This document shows, piece after piece, positions 46,927-59,231 of a DNA stretch of 64,000 nt. The stretch is from Blastocatellia bacterium (lineage in GTDB: Bacteria; Acidobacteriota; Blastocatellia; UBA7656): positions 1 through 64,000 of the forward strand of contig JBJMGU010000152.1 in the NCBI GenBank assembly GCA_045807765.1, written 5' to 3'. The position numbers and the translations under genes are program-made. Below the pieces are notes generated by a model that did not search any database, was not told the DNA's origin, and saw only the letters and a program-made list of their open reading frames with translations. Numbering within the stretch: position 1 is the first letter of the stretch; each line of letters opens with the position of its first letter.

Positions 46927-48344
46927 TGCTTGTTCATCTCGCGCCACAACGCGCGGAACGGTTTCGGCGCGATAGCCGGAAAATCGCGATTGCGTGTCCA
47001 GTTGCCAAAGGCCAGCGGTAAACGCTCGAACTTGCCGTCTTTCAACAGCAGGCGCTGAAACCGGGCGGGCAGACGAAACGACCAGTTGTAGACTCGCGGG
47101 TGCTTCATCGCCCACGCCCAAGCTTTGATCGCCATGCGCTCAAGCCACGGCCCGCGCGGTTGCTTGTCGCCTTTACCTTCGCTCCAATCGCCGCGCAGGC
47201 TCAACAGCACGTGCGGAATGTTGATTCGCACAGGACAGACTTCGCGGCACGCGCCGCACAGGGTCGAAGCGAACGGCAGGTCTTTTGTCTGTTCAAGCCC
47301 GACGAGTGGCGGCGTGATGATCGAGCCGATGGGTCCCGGATAGACCGTGCCATAAGCGTGGCCGCCAATCTTTTGATAGACCGGGCAGACGTTCAAGCAC
47401 GCGCCGCAGCGCAGACAGTAGAGCGATTCGCGCTTCGCCTCGTCGGCCAGTATCCGCGTGCGCCCGTTGTCCAACAGCACAAGGTGGAATTCGTCGGCGC
47501 CGTCCACCTCATTGGCCCGCCGCGTGCCGGTGATGAATGATACATAGCTCGACATCGTTTGCCCCGTCGCGCTGCGCGCCAGAATCTTCAGAAAGATGCT
47601 GAGGTCGGCAAAGCGCGGGATCAGTTTTTCGATGCCGACGACGGCGACGTGCAGGCGCGGCAGGCTGGTGCTGAGCCGGATATTGCCTTCGTTTTCGAGC
47701 AGCACGATGGTGCCGGTTTCGGCGACGGCAAAGTTTGCGCCGGTAACGCCCATCTCCGCCGAGCGAAAGCGCTCGCGCAGCCGCAGGCGAGCGACGGCGG
47801 CAATCTCTTCGGCTTCGTGAAGGTTCGTGGCGCGCAGCTTATCGGCGAACAGCGCGGCGATGTCGCCTTTCGATTTATGAATGGCCGGCGCGAGAATGTG
47901 TGAAGGCGGTTCGTCGGCAAGCTGGACGATATATTCGCCGAGGTCTGTCTCGATGGCTTCGATGCCTTCGCGCCCAAGCGCCGTGTTCAAGTGAATCTCT
48001 TCGGTCGCCATAGACTTGCTCTTGACGACCGAGCGCACGCGGTTGCGGCGGGCGATGTCGAGGATGATGGCGCAGGCTTCGTCGCCTGTGCGCGCCCAGT
48101 GGACGTGGCCGCCGAGGCGTTCGACATTCCGTTCAAGCTCTACGAGATAATGATCGAGATGGTTGATCGTCTGCTGTTTGATGGCGCGGGCGCGGTCGCG
48201 CAAGGCTTCGCCTTCGGGCAATTCCGCGAAAGCCGCCGCGCGCCGCAGCGTGAAGGTATCGAGCACGCGCAGCCGCTTCTGTAACGCCAGGTCAGCGACC
48301 GCCGCCTCGGCATTGGCGGTGAAGTTTTCCGACTTCAGATGCAT
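46923..48344 (-). CDS. lutB: LutB-like iron-sulfur lactate-utilization protein
   Basis: [31 protein letters not shown] 4Fe-4S motifs plus a DUF162/LUD region. Confidence 0.8.
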   Translation of the reverse strand: MHLKSENFTANAEAAVADLALQKRLRVLDTFTLRRAAAFAELPEGEALRDRARAIKQQTINHLDHYLVELERNVERLGGHVHWARTGDEACAIILDIARRNRVRSVVKSKSMATEEIHLNTALGREGIEAIETDLGEYIVQLADEPPSHILAPAIHKSKGDIAALFADKLRATNLHEAEEIAAVARLRLRERFRSAEMGVTGANFAVAETGTIVLLENEGNIRLSTSLPRLHVAVVGIEKLIPRFADLSIFLKILARSATGQTMSSYVSFITGTRRANEVDGADEFHLVLLDNGRTRILADEAKRESLYCLRCGACLNVCPVYQKIGGHAYGTVYPGPIGSIITPPLVGLEQTKDLPFASTLCGACREVCPVRINIPHVLLSLRGDWSEGKGDKQPRGPWLERMAIKAWAWAMKHPRVYNWSFRLPARFQRLLLKDGKFERLPLAFGNWTRNRDFPAIAPKPFRALWREMNKQ

Positions 48345-48350
48345 CGCGCA

Positions 48351-50153
<1,803 letters not shown>

Positions 50154-50290
50154 TAGGATTTTGGGCTTTAGATTTCGGAATTTAGATTGAATTCAATTCG
50201 TGTCATCCAATCCACGACTAACAGCTAAGATTCAGCTTAACATCCGGCGATGGGAATCCAAAATCTAAATCTGAAATCGCAAATCAGGCG
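50154..50290. repeat. Family D AT-rich heptamer-periodic imperfect inverted repeat (GATTTNN / ATCTNAA units) between the ROK gene and lepA
   Basis: ggattttgggctttagatttcggaatttagattgaattc ... ggaatccaaaatctaaatctgaaatcgcaaatc. Confidence 0.6.
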
Positions 50291-51261
50291 GCCTGGTCGC
50301 GCGCCAGCAAGGCGGCGCCGATCATGCCGGCTGATGGGCCGGCTTTGGCGATGACGATCTCGCAACTGTTGAATGAGGGTGGGAAGGCGCGGCGGCGCGT
50401 TTCTTTAATCGTCGGCTTCAAGATCAAATCGCCGGCTTCCATCACGCCGCCGCCCATCACCACCATCTCGATGTTCAGCAGATTGATGACCGCCGCCAGC
50501 GCGATGCCTAAAAACATTCCTGTACGCTCCATCATGACCTGCGCCATCTCGTCACCGTCGCGAGCGGCGCGGGCGATGTCTTCGGCGGTAAACTCGCGGT
50601 CGCGCGGGATGGCCAGTCTTGAGAGCGACGAGGTGCGGTCGCGGTACAGGCGCTCGCGTGTGCGGCGCACGATGTTCGGCCCCGAAGCAATCGTTTCCAG
50701 GCAGCCGATGTTGCCGCAGCCGCACTCGATGCCTTCAGGGTCAATCGTCAAGTGACCGAACTCGCCGGCGAACCCGGCAGCGCCGCGATAAATCTGGCCG
50801 TTGATGATCAGCCCAGAGCCGATGCCCGTCCCCAGTGTGACGAAGAAAACGTCGCGCCGCCCGCGCGCCGCGCCAACCTGCAATTCGGCATAGGCGGCGG
50901 CATTGGCGTCGTTGTCCATCACTACCGGCAGGTCGAGCGCCGCCGATAATTCGCCGATCAGGTCAACGTGAGACAGTTCGGGCAGGTTCGTCAGCACTTC
51001 GATGCGATTCGTCTTGCGGTTGACGAGTCCGGGGACGCCCAGGCCGACGCCGGCCACTCGCCCGCCGGCCTGTGGGTGCTCGCGCAAGCCGCGCGCCGCT
51101 TCGATAATCTGCGCAAAGAGCCGGTCGGCCCGCTGCTGCTCGCTATCGTAGCGTGTTTCGTGAAGAATCTCGCCGGTTGCCGAAACCAGCGCGGCCTTCA
51201 ACGTCGTGCCGCCGAGGTCGAGGCCAATGAAGACAGGGTCGTTGGTCGGAAGTGTTGTCAT
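50284..51261 (-). CDS. ROK-family sugar kinase (glucokinase-like)
   Basis: FIGLDLGGTTLKAALV, and the ROK zinc motif CGCGNIGCLE. Confidence 0.8.
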   Translation of the reverse strand: MTTLPTNDPVFIGLDLGGTTLKAALVSATGEILHETRYDSEQQRADRLFAQIIEAARGLREHPQAGGRVAGVGLGVPGLVNRKTNRIEVLTNLPELSHVDLIGELSAALDLPVVMDNDANAAAYAELQVGAARGRRDVFFVTLGTGIGSGLIINGQIYRGAAGFAGEFGHLTIDPEGIECGCGNIGCLETIASGPNIVRRTRERLYRDRTSSLSRLAIPRDREFTAEDIARAARDGDEMAQVMMERTGMFLGIALAAVINLLNIEMVVMGGGVMEAGDLILKPTIKETRRRAFPPSFNSCEIVIAKAGPSAGMIGAALLARDQAA

Positions 51262-51452
51262 AAAGCAGATGCCCAGGTCGAGATGCGAATGTCAATCGCG
51301 GGCCGGTGACGGCGCGCCCGGGATGACAGACTCGGTCGGTGATTGAAGCCCAAGCTGCACAACGAATTGGCTTACCGAGCATAGCAAAGGCGCGAATGGG
51401 ATGTCAATTTTCGCCTTGTTAAGCTACAATCCACAGGCTCCGGCGCGAAGGC

Positions 51453-52163
51453 ATGTACGAACTGTTAAGAGAGTATGGGTTATGGGCGGTCTTCTTCGGC
51501 ACGATGCTCGAAGGCGACCTGACGTTGCTGCTGGCGGGCGTGTTGGCGCGCGCCGGCCTGTTCACCTTCGGCGAAGCGTTGCTGGTCGGCACGGCGGGCG
51601 GCCTGGTCGGCGATTCGCTCAGTTACTTCATCGGCGCGCGTTTCCGCAATCGCGCCCGCACCCTTAAAATTTTCATGAAGGCGCGCGGGCGCATCGAAAA
51701 ACTGATGAGCCGCTTCGGTGTGCTGTCGGTCTTCATCGTCAAATACGTCTACGGGCTGCGCACGGCGAGCGCCATCTTCTGGGGACTGGCGCAGTTCGGC
51801 TATTTGAAATTCGCAGGGCTGACGCTGGCGAGCTGCGCCGTCTGGGTCGGTTTGCTTGCCGGATTGGGCTTTACCTTCGCCACCGGCGTGCAAACCTTGA
51901 TTGGCGATCTGCACCGCTTCCAGATCATCCTGCTGATCGCGCTGATCATCATCGCCACCGTCTACGTCATCAGCCGCTTCGAGCGCCAGGTGATCGAAGA
52001 AGAGAAGACCTTTTTCGCCGAGACTGAAGAAGAGAAAGAGATGATCGAAAAAGGCAAAGTGATTCTGCACAAAGCGATGACCCATGTGCATATGCCGGCA
52101 TCACACACGGACGACACCGAGTCGAAGCCGGCGGCGCGTGAAAAGACCACCGGCGAGGATTGA
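51453..52163 (+). CDS. DedA-family (SNARE-associated) membrane protein
   Basis: FGTMLEGDLTLLLAGVLA...GDSLSYFIGARFR is the DedA core. Confidence 0.8.
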   Translation: MYELLREYGLWAVFFGTMLEGDLTLLLAGVLARAGLFTFGEALLVGTAGGLVGDSLSYFIGARFRNRARTLKIFMKARGRIEKLMSRFGVLSVFIVKYVYGLRTASAIFWGLAQFGYLKFAGLTLASCAVWVGLLAGLGFTFATGVQTLIGDLHRFQIILLIALIIIATVYVISRFERQVIEEEKTFFAETEEEKEMIEKGKVILHKAMTHVHMPASHTDDTESKPAAREKTTGED

Positions 52164-52205
52164 GCAAAAACCATTGACGCTCAACCGCCCGTAATGCCGG
52201 AGTGA

Positions 52206-54521
52206 ATGTCTGTGATTGCCGAAACCATCTCTCACTATCGCATCAGCCGGAAGCTCGGCGCGGGCGGCATGGGCGAAGTCTATCTCGCCGAAGACAGCCG
52301 CCTGGGCCGGCAGGTGGCGCTCAAATTTCTGCCCGCCTCCTATCAATATGATCCGGACCGCCGCGCCCGCTTTATGAAAGAGGCGCGCGCCGCTTCGGCT
52401 CTGCGTTCGCCCTATATCGCCGCCATCTATGACATCGGCGAGCATGACGGCACGATGTTTATCGCGATGGAGTATGTCGAGGGCGAGCTCTTGCAAACGC
52501 GCGCTGAGCGCGGCCCTATCCCGGCGCGCGAAGTCATTGAGATTGCCGAGCAGATTGCCGACGCGCTCGACGAGGCGCACGGCCTGGGAATCATTCACCG
52601 CGACGTTAAGAGCGCCAACCTGATCCTGACGCCGCGCGGCCTGGTGAAGGTGCTCGACTTCGGGCTGGCCAAGATTAACGAGTTGCGCGACACGGCGAAC
52701 AGCGGCGATTTCACCACACCGCTCGGTCAGCAGACTGCTGCCGGCATGGTGCTTGGCACTGTCACTTATATGTCGCCCGAACAGGCGTTGGGCCGGCACC
52801 TCGACGGACGCAGCGACCTCTTCTCACTCGGCGTGGTGATTTATGAAATGCTCACCGGGCGCTTGCCGTTCCAAGGGACAACCGCCACCGAGATCATCGA
52901 TCACATCCTGCACACAGATCCATTGCCGGTGGCGCAGTTCAGCACCGACACGCCCGCCGAGCTGGAGCGCCTGGTCAGAAAATGCCTGGAGAAAGACCGC
53001 GACCGGCGCTATCAATCGGCGCGCGAATTGGCCATCGACCTGCGCAACCTCAAGCGCGATTTTGATTCCGGCGCGCTTTCGACCTCCGGCCTGCGGACGC
53101 AGACCTACAGTGGCCAGACCGGGAGACAGAGCCGCTCGCGGCGCGCCATTGATTCGCTGGCCATCCTGCCGCTTGCCAACGAGAGCCTTGATGCGGAAAC
53201 CGAATATCTGGCCGACGGCATCACCGAATCGATCATCAACAATCTGTCGCAAATCCCCAAGCTGCGCGTCATGGCGCGCTCGACAGTCTTTCGTTACAAA
53301 GGCCGCGACATTGATCCGATCAGCGTCGGGCGCGAGCTTGGCGTGCGCGCCGTGCTGATCGGGCGCATGCTCAGCCGCGGCGACACGCTGATTATCAAAG
53401 TCGAGCTGGTAGACACCGGCGACGGCTCGCACCTGTGGGGCGAAAATTATAACCGCCCGCTGGCCGACATCTTCGCCATCGAAGCCGATATCTCCAGCGT
53501 CATCTCCGAAAAGCTCCGCCTGCGGCTCGATAACGCGCAGAAGAAGCGATTAACCAAGCGCCATACCGAAAAGACCGAAGCCTATCAGCTCTATCTCAAG
53601 GGGCGCGCCTGCTGGAACCGGCGGACGGCAGACAGTCTCAAGCGCGGCATCGAATACTTCAATGAAGCGATTGCCGCCGATCCAGGCTACGCATTGGCCT
53701 ACGCCGGCCTGGCTGACTCTTACAATATCCTGGCAAGCTACAGCGCGCTGGCGCCCGACGAAGCCTTCCCGAAAGCGCGCGAGGCGGCGATGAAGGCGTT
53801 GCAGCTCGACGAGCGCCTGCCCGAAGCGCACGCCTCGATGGCCTTCGTTACCTTCGGCTATTCGTGGGAATTCGCGCAGGCCGACCACGAATTCCGCCGT
53901 GCCCTCGATCTCAACCCCGGCTATGCGGTGGCGCACCAGTGGTACGCCTTATACCTGGCAGCGATGCGCCGCACCGACGAAGCCATCGCCGAAATCGAGC
54001 GCGCCGAACAGCTCGACCCGCTATCGCTGCCGATCATCACCAACAAGGGCTGGATCTTTTATCTGGCGCGGCGCGATGACGAAGCCCTGGCGACGCTCGC
54101 CAGGGCGCTTGAGCTGGATCAGGATTTCGTGCTGGCGCACCGGCGACTCGGCCAGGTCTACGAATCGCAGCGGCGCTTCGGTGACGCGCGGCGCGAGTAT
54201 GAAAGGTGTCTTCAGCTTGCGCCTAATGACGTGGAGTCGCTGGCGGCGCTCGGCCACGCGTATGGCGTGAGCGGCGAGACCGAGCGCGCCCGCGAGATCA
54301 TCAGTCGACTGACCGGCATCGCCCAGTGCCACTATGTCCCGGGCTTCCTGGTTGCCATGATTCACATCGGCATAGGCGATCTGGATGCGGCCTTCGCATG
54401 GCTTGAAAAGGCGTGCGAAGAGCATTACGGCTTTCTCACCTACATCAAGGTCGGGCCGGTCTTTGACCCGCTGCGCAGCGATCCACGACTTGCCGAGCTG
54501 ACGGCGCGCATCGGCATTTGA
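52206..54521 (+). CDS. Ser/Thr protein kinase with a TolB_N-like domain and C-terminal TPR repeats
   Basis: GAGGMGEVYLAED...VALKFL...HRDVKSANLIL...DFGLA Hanks-type kinase motifs, then AILPLANES... and TPR repeats. Confidence 0.85.
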   Translation: MSVIAETISHYRISRKLGAGGMGEVYLAEDSRLGRQVALKFLPASYQYDPDRRARFMKEARAASALRSPYIAAIYDIGEHDGTMFIAMEYVEGELLQTRAERGPIPAREVIEIAEQIADALDEAHGLGIIHRDVKSANLILTPRGLVKVLDFGLAKINELRDTANSGDFTTPLGQQTAAGMVLGTVTYMSPEQALGRHLDGRSDLFSLGVVIYEMLTGRLPFQGTTATEIIDHILHTDPLPVAQFSTDTPAELERLVRKCLEKDRDRRYQSARELAIDLRNLKRDFDSGALSTSGLRTQTYSGQTGRQSRSRRAIDSLAILPLANESLDAETEYLADGITESIINNLSQIPKLRVMARSTVFRYKGRDIDPISVGRELGVRAVLIGRMLSRGDTLIIKVELVDTGDGSHLWGENYNRPLADIFAIEADISSVISEKLRLRLDNAQKKRLTKRHTEKTEAYQLYLKGRACWNRRTADSLKRGIEYFNEAIAADPGYALAYAGLADSYNILASYSALAPDEAFPKAREAAMKALQLDERLPEAHASMAFVTFGYSWEFAQADHEFRRALDLNPGYAVAHQWYALYLAAMRRTDEAIAEIERAEQLDPLSLPIITNKGWIFYLARRDDEALATLARALELDQDFVLAHRRLGQVYESQRRFGDARREYERCLQLAPNDVESLAALGHAYGVSGETERAREIISRLTGIAQCHYVPGFLVAMIHIGIGDLDAAFAWLEKACEEHYGFLTYIKVGPVFDPLRSDPRLAELTARIGI

Positions 54522-54552
54522 ATAGGCAGCGATAGGCAGGAAGCGCGAGCGG

Positions 54553-55251
54553 TTAGCCAAACAGCGATTGCTCGTAGCAGTAGCAGTGAATGTCCAGTTC
54601 GCCGAGCGCGAAGTGCACAGGCCGGCAGAGGTAGCGGTTTGCCGGCAGCGCCGTGTAGGTAGCGGGCGTGATTAATATCTCATCCTCGCCGGCGATGTCT
54701 TCGCCGAGCTTGCATGCCACGTTCATCTCCGAGCCGAACAGATCTTCGTCGCCAATGACCAGCGTATCGCCGTAGCCGATGCCGATGCTGCCGTGCAGGT
54801 GGCGCTCAGGCGGCAGCACTTTGTTAATGGCGGCAAAGCCGCGCAGGATGTCGAGCGCCGCTTCGATGGCCTGCACCGGCTCATTGAAGATGGCGAAGAT
54901 GTCGTCGGCCTCCTGCTTGATAACTTGCCCGCCGTTGCCCTGGATAGCAGGCCGCGCCACCTCGTCCATCTGGCGAATCATGGCGAGAAAGTGAATGATG
55001 CCATAGGCCATAGTGAGCTGCGTGAAGCCACACATATCCATCGTCAGGATCGCCACTTTGCGCTCGAAAGTGCGGGCAATCTGCTGGTCAATTTCGGCGG
55101 CGCGCTCGGCGTGCTGGTTTCTTTCCGAGAGCAACTGATTGAGGTACGCGCGCCCGCTGGCAAACGGCTTAGCAGGCGCCGGCAAGGCGCGCGTCTCCGG
55201 CTCAATGCTTTTCGCTTCCGCCGGCTGGTCGTGTGGCGGTTGATCACTCAT
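54553..55251 (-). CDS. Class III adenylate/guanylate cyclase catalytic domain protein (standalone, N-terminal coiled coil)
   Basis: LTMDMCGFTQL metal-binding Asp region and the GIGYGDTLVIGD fold segment. Confidence 0.7.
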   Translation of the reverse strand: MSDQPPHDQPAEAKSIEPETRALPAPAKPFASGRAYLNQLLSERNQHAERAAEIDQQIARTFERKVAILTMDMCGFTQLTMAYGIIHFLAMIRQMDEVARPAIQGNGGQVIKQEADDIFAIFNEPVQAIEAALDILRGFAAINKVLPPERHLHGSIGIGYGDTLVIGDEDLFGSEMNVACKLGEDIAGEDEILITPATYTALPANRYLCRPVHFALGELDIHCYCYEQSLFG

Positions 55252-55270
55252 GGTCTCACCCGGATTTCAG

Positions 55271-55375
55271 AAAAGGAACCACAGATGAACACCGATGAAC
55301 ACCGATAGGGGAAGGGGAGAAAATCTCATGTCCTTTTATCCGTGTTCATCGGTGTTCATCTGTGGTTTCATTCTC
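55271..55375. repeat. Family B hairpin element, copy 2
   Basis: ggaaccacagatgaacaccgatgaacaccgatagggg ... ccttttatccgtgttcatcggtgttcatctgtggtttcattc. It shares the GAACCACAGATGAACAC core and the ctgtggtttcattc end with copy 1. Confidence 0.85.
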
Positions 55376-55382
55376 CGCGTTG

Positions 55383-56381
55383 TTATTTGCCGGCGATGAA
55401 TTCGCGAATGTAGCCGTTGATCAATTGCGGCTTTTCGTGAATCACCCAGTGAGAGCCTTCAGGGATGCGCTTGATCGTCAGTTGCGGCACGTACTGGTCC
55501 AGCCCCACGAGGTTGCCGGTCAATAGCGCCGTGTCCTTCTCGCCCCAGATCACCAGCGTCGGCACCTTGACGTTGAGCGAGGGGAAGGAAGTCGCGAAGC
55601 TCGCGCCATCCTTTTGACCTTCGGTTGGCGGGCCGACGCGGGCGGCGCGGTAATAATTCAAGCCACCGGTCAACGCTCCCGGCTGCGACCACGCGGCGAT
55701 GTAGGCCTCCTTGTCTGCTTCATTGAAGGTGCCGTTTTTCAACCCCTCGCCGAGAACGACCCCGACCAGCGCGGCATAGTTGTTGGCCGACAGCGTCTGC
55801 TCGGCCTGCGGGCTGCGGAACATCAGCATATAGCCGGACGCCTTCTGCTGCGCCGGGTTCTCTTTCAACTCGCGGGCAAAGACGCCGGGATGCGGCGCGT
55901 TGATGATGACTAGTTTTTCCAGAGTCTCCGGATGGGCGATGGCGTAGGCCCAGGCGACCGCACCACCCCAATCGTGCGCCACCAAAATGAACTTCTTGTG
56001 GCCGAGCTTTTCAGCCAGCGCGCGGACGTCTTCGATCAGGTACTTGACCTGATACTGGTCAACCTCCGCGGGCTTCGCCGACAGGTTGTAGCCGCGCATG
56101 TCGGGGGCTACCGCCGTGTAGTCTTTGCCGAATTCGAGGAGCTGATTCTTCCATTCGTACCAGAACTCCGGGAAGCCGTGCAGGAAGACGATCAGCTTCT
56201 TGCCGTGGCCTGCGGTCGCGTAATGCAGGCGGACGCCGTTCACTTCCGCATAGTCGTGCTTGATCATTGGCTGACCTTTCTTGTCGTCGGCGGTGCGGGC
56301 GGCGGCGCACACGGCGAGGAGCATCACGACGAGGGCGCTTAAGAGCAGTTGCCGCGTCCGGCGAGTGTTGTGAGCGATCAT
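55383..56381 (-). CDS. Secreted alpha/beta hydrolase (epoxide-hydrolase-like)
   Basis: LHGFPEFWYEW HGxP region and the HDWGG nucleophile elbow. The start is taken at MIAHNTRR, which begins a signal peptide. The long Arg/Pro-rich upstream extension of the ORF is judged spurious. Confidence 0.8.
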   Translation of the reverse strand: MIAHNTRRTRQLLLSALVVMLLAVCAAARTADDKKGQPMIKHDYAEVNGVRLHYATAGHGKKLIVFLHGFPEFWYEWKNQLLEFGKDYTAVAPDMRGYNLSAKPAEVDQYQVKYLIEDVRALAEKLGHKKFILVAHDWGGAVAWAYAIAHPETLEKLVIINAPHPGVFARELKENPAQQKASGYMLMFRSPQAEQTLSANNYAALVGVVLGEGLKNGTFNEADKEAYIAAWSQPGALTGGLNYYRAARVGPPTEGQKDGASFATSFPSLNVKVPTLVIWGEKDTALLTGNLVGLDQYVPQLTIKRIPEGSHWVIHEKPQLINGYIREFIAGK

Positions 56382-56409
56382 AGATTTCACCTTTGGGTTG
56401 AGCGGCCCG

Positions 56410-56691
56410 CTACTTCTTCTTGGCGGTCGGGTGCAGATACTGCTGCGGCGGGCCTTCGTAGATGGTGTAGCAGCGCTGGCAGCGGTGCAGCGTGTTGCCG
56501 GGCGCGGCCTTTGAGAGCACGGCGGGCGGCGCCGTCTGCCACTGCTTGACGTGGGCCTGACAGCGTTTGCCCTTTTCGTCCTTGACGGTGCAGACGGTCT
56601 GGCCGGGCAACAGCGGCGTGTACGCGCCTGTCTTCTCGGTGCCCGGCTGAATCTGCCGCGATTGGATACTGGCGACCCCAACTGGTTCCAT
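56410..56691 (-). CDS. Small Cys-containing hypothetical protein upstream of the hydrolase
   Basis: 93 aa, Lys-containing and protein-like composition. C-x12-C ... H-x-C-x2-C spacing. It ends 29 bp before the hydrolase start. Confidence 0.35.
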   Translation of the reverse strand: MEPVGVASIQSRQIQPGTEKTGAYTPLLPGQTVCTVKDEKGKRCQAHVKQWQTAPPAVLSKAAPGNTLHRCQRCYTIYEGPPQQYLHPTAKKK

Positions 56692-56815
56692 TCGTTTACC
56701 CCCTGAAGGACGTTACCCGCCGCATGATAAGCCAACGCCGCGCGCGACGCAAAGCCGAGACAATTTTTTACACCGAGCGCGGCATCGTTCTTAAGATTTC
56801 CGTAGTATACTCTCG

Positions 56816-58546
56816 ATGATGCGCCAGTGGCCGAAAGTCAACCTGTCGTCGAAAACCCGGATGATCGTCATCGCCGTCGTCGCCTTGCTGCTGCCGACTA
56901 TGGTGCTGTCGGTCGTTCAATTCCGCTCGCTGGTTGACCTCGAAGACAAAACCAAGGTCGCCGTGCAGGAGAACATGCGGCAGACCTTACAGACCGTGTC
57001 GCGCAAGGTCGAAGAGAATCTCAAGGGGCTGGCGCGCAAGAACCTCGGCGATATTCCTATGGCCGACATCGAGCCGAAGAACACGCAGGCGCTCGAACGC
57101 CGCTTTGCCGCCATCAAACAGGAACACCCGGAGATCGAAACGCTGTTCGCCTTTTCGCTCTGCCAGCAGAGCGAAAAATATTCCTGCCTCTTCTACACGG
57201 ACGCCGGGCTGCGCCGCCTGGACTGGCCGGCCATCATGATGACGCCCGAGGCGCTGGCGGCTTACAAAGCCTTCAACCGCGCCTTCGCTTCGCGCACGCC
57301 CGCCTCGAAGGCCGACTATCTGTTCTGGCAGACCTCGTGCTGTCAGGATACGGCCAGCCGCGACGGCAGCAAGTTTCAAGAGTTCATCTTTCGGCCACTG
57401 CTGTGCTGCGAGGCGAAAGACTGCATCGCGTTTTCGGGCCTGTCGATCAAGGCGAGCTACATCGCCGACACCTACTTGCCGGATATGATCCCGGCACTGC
57501 TGCGCAGTTGTGACATTGACGACAAAGACTCGGCGCTGGCCGTCGGCATCTTTGATGAAACCAACGACGAGGTCTTCAGCAACCGCGCTGACAAGGGCGA
57601 TTACGAAATCAAGACATCCTTCGCGCCGGTCTTCCCGCAGTGGAAGCTGGCGCTCGGCTACAAGAACACCACCATCGAGCAACTGGCCAGAGACAACTTC
57701 ACCAAGAATCTGCTGCTCACCTTGCTGTTGCTGTCGATCTTGATTTTAGGGACGATCCTGACGCTGCGCGCCACGTCGCGCGAGATGAAACTGGCCGAGG
57801 CCAAGTCTACCTTTGTGTCGAACGTCTCGCACGAGCTGAAGACGCCGCTCGCCTTGATCCGCTTGTTTGCCGAAACCCTTGAGCTGGGCCGCGTCAAGAA
57901 TGCCGAGAAGGCGCACGAATATCATCGCATCATCAACAACGAGAGCCGGCGGCTGACACAGCTCATCAACAACATTCTCGATTTCTCGAAGATCGAAGCG
58001 GGCCGCAAAGAATATCAGTTCGTTGAATCCGACGTCGCCGAAGTCGTCGAAGATGTGCTGAAGAGTTACGAGTACCAGATCACCAGCGCCGGCTTCGAGC
58101 TGACCCCCGACATCGCCGCCGACCTGCCGCCTGTGGCCATTGACCGCGACGCCATCTCGCAGGCGCTGTTGAATCTGGTCAACAACGCCGTGAAGTATTC
58201 TGACGACGTCAAGAAGATCAGCGTGCGCTTGCGCCGGCGCGACGGCTTTGTTGCCATCGAGGTGGCCGATCACGGCATCGGCATTCCGCGCTCGGAGCAG
58301 GAAAAGATTTTCGAGAAGTTCTACCGCGTCAGCACCGGCCTTGTGCATGACACGAAGGGCAGCGGCCTGGGACTGGCGCTGGTCAAGCACATTGTCGAAG
58401 CTCATAAGGGCAAGATTCAGCTTGAGAGCGCGCCCGGACGCGGCAGCCGCTTTACGATTTTGATTCCGGCCAGCGGCGTCGAAGCCGCCTCAAAGACGGT
58501 GGAGTTTGACGGAGGGTATCCGGTTGCAGAAGGTGCTAATCATTGA
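56816..58546 (+). CDS. Sensor histidine kinase (HisKA plus HATPase_c)
   Basis: [20 protein letters not shown]-box. N, G1 and G2 boxes. Two TM helices flank a periplasmic domain. Confidence 0.85.
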   Translation: MMRQWPKVNLSSKTRMIVIAVVALLLPTMVLSVVQFRSLVDLEDKTKVAVQENMRQTLQTVSRKVEENLKGLARKNLGDIPMADIEPKNTQALERRFAAIKQEHPEIETLFAFSLCQQSEKYSCLFYTDAGLRRLDWPAIMMTPEALAAYKAFNRAFASRTPASKADYLFWQTSCCQDTASRDGSKFQEFIFRPLLCCEAKDCIAFSGLSIKASYIADTYLPDMIPALLRSCDIDDKDSALAVGIFDETNDEVFSNRADKGDYEIKTSFAPVFPQWKLALGYKNTTIEQLARDNFTKNLLLTLLLLSILILGTILTLRATSREMKLAEAKSTFVSNVSHELKTPLALIRLFAETLELGRVKNAEKAHEYHRIINNESRRLTQLINNILDFSKIEAGRKEYQFVESDVAEVVEDVLKSYEYQITSAGFELTPDIAADLPPVAIDRDAISQALLNLVNNAVKYSDDVKKISVRLRRRDGFVAIEVADHGIGIPRSEQEKIFEKFYRVSTGLVHDTKGSGLGLALVKHIVEAHKGKIQLESAPGRGSRFTILIPASGVEAASKTVEFDGGYPVAEGANH

Positions 58547-59204
58547 AGACGAGCCCGACATGGTGCTCGGCCTGAAAGACAACTTCGAGTATGAAGGCTA
58601 TGACGTGATGGTGGCGCGCGATGGCCGCGAAGGGCTGACGCGCGCGCTCGCCGACCGCCCCGATCTCATCCTGCTCGATATCATGCTGCCGAAGATGAGC
58701 GGCCTCGATGTCTGCCGCGAGCTGCGCAATCAGGGATTAGACACGCCGGTCATCATGCTGACGGCGCGCGGCCAGGAGATCGATAAAGTCATCGGCCTGG
58801 AGATGGGTGCCGACGATTACGTCACCAAGCCGTTCAGCATTAAAGAACTGTTGGCCCGCGTGCGCGCCCAGTTGCGCCGCGCCACCCGTCAGGTGGCCGA
58901 GGTCGAAGCCTACACCTTCGGCGAAGTGGCGCTGAACTTCAAGCGCTATGAAGCGACGCGCGGCGGCAACGCCCTTGAGCTGTCGCCGCGCGAGTTCGAG
59001 TTATTGAAGTATTTCATCCAGCATCGCGGCGAAACGATCACCCGCGATCAGTTGCTCGATGATGTGTGGGGATATGACAATTACCCGTTCACGCGCACCG
59101 TCGACAATCATATCGCCAAGCTGCGGCAGAAGGTCGAAGCCGTGCCCGCCGACCCCAAGTACATTATCACCGTCCACCGCGTTGGCTATAAATTCCTCGG
59201 CTAA
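58524..59204 (+). CDS. OmpR-family response regulator
   Basis: [10 protein letters not shown]...LILLDIMLP receiver domain. [12 protein letters not shown] wHTH. TTG at 58524 with GGAGGG 7 nt upstream. An alternative TTG lies at 58506. Confidence 0.85.
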   Translation: MQKVLIIEDEPDMVLGLKDNFEYEGYDVMVARDGREGLTRALADRPDLILLDIMLPKMSGLDVCRELRNQGLDTPVIMLTARGQEIDKVIGLEMGADDYVTKPFSIKELLARVRAQLRRATRQVAEVEAYTFGEVALNFKRYEATRGGNALELSPREFELLKYFIQHRGETITRDQLLDDVWGYDNYPFTRTVDNHIAKLRQKVEAVPADPKYIITVHRVGYKFLG

Positions 59205-59231
59205 TCACTTCCCGCCAGTCGCCCTACGGGG

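Noticed and set aside
56382-56735. N-terminal 118-codon extension of the alpha/beta hydrolase ORF
   Set aside because: It is Arg/Pro/Ser-rich with no RBS. A signal peptide begins at the internal Met (56381), and an independent small ORF occupies another frame here.
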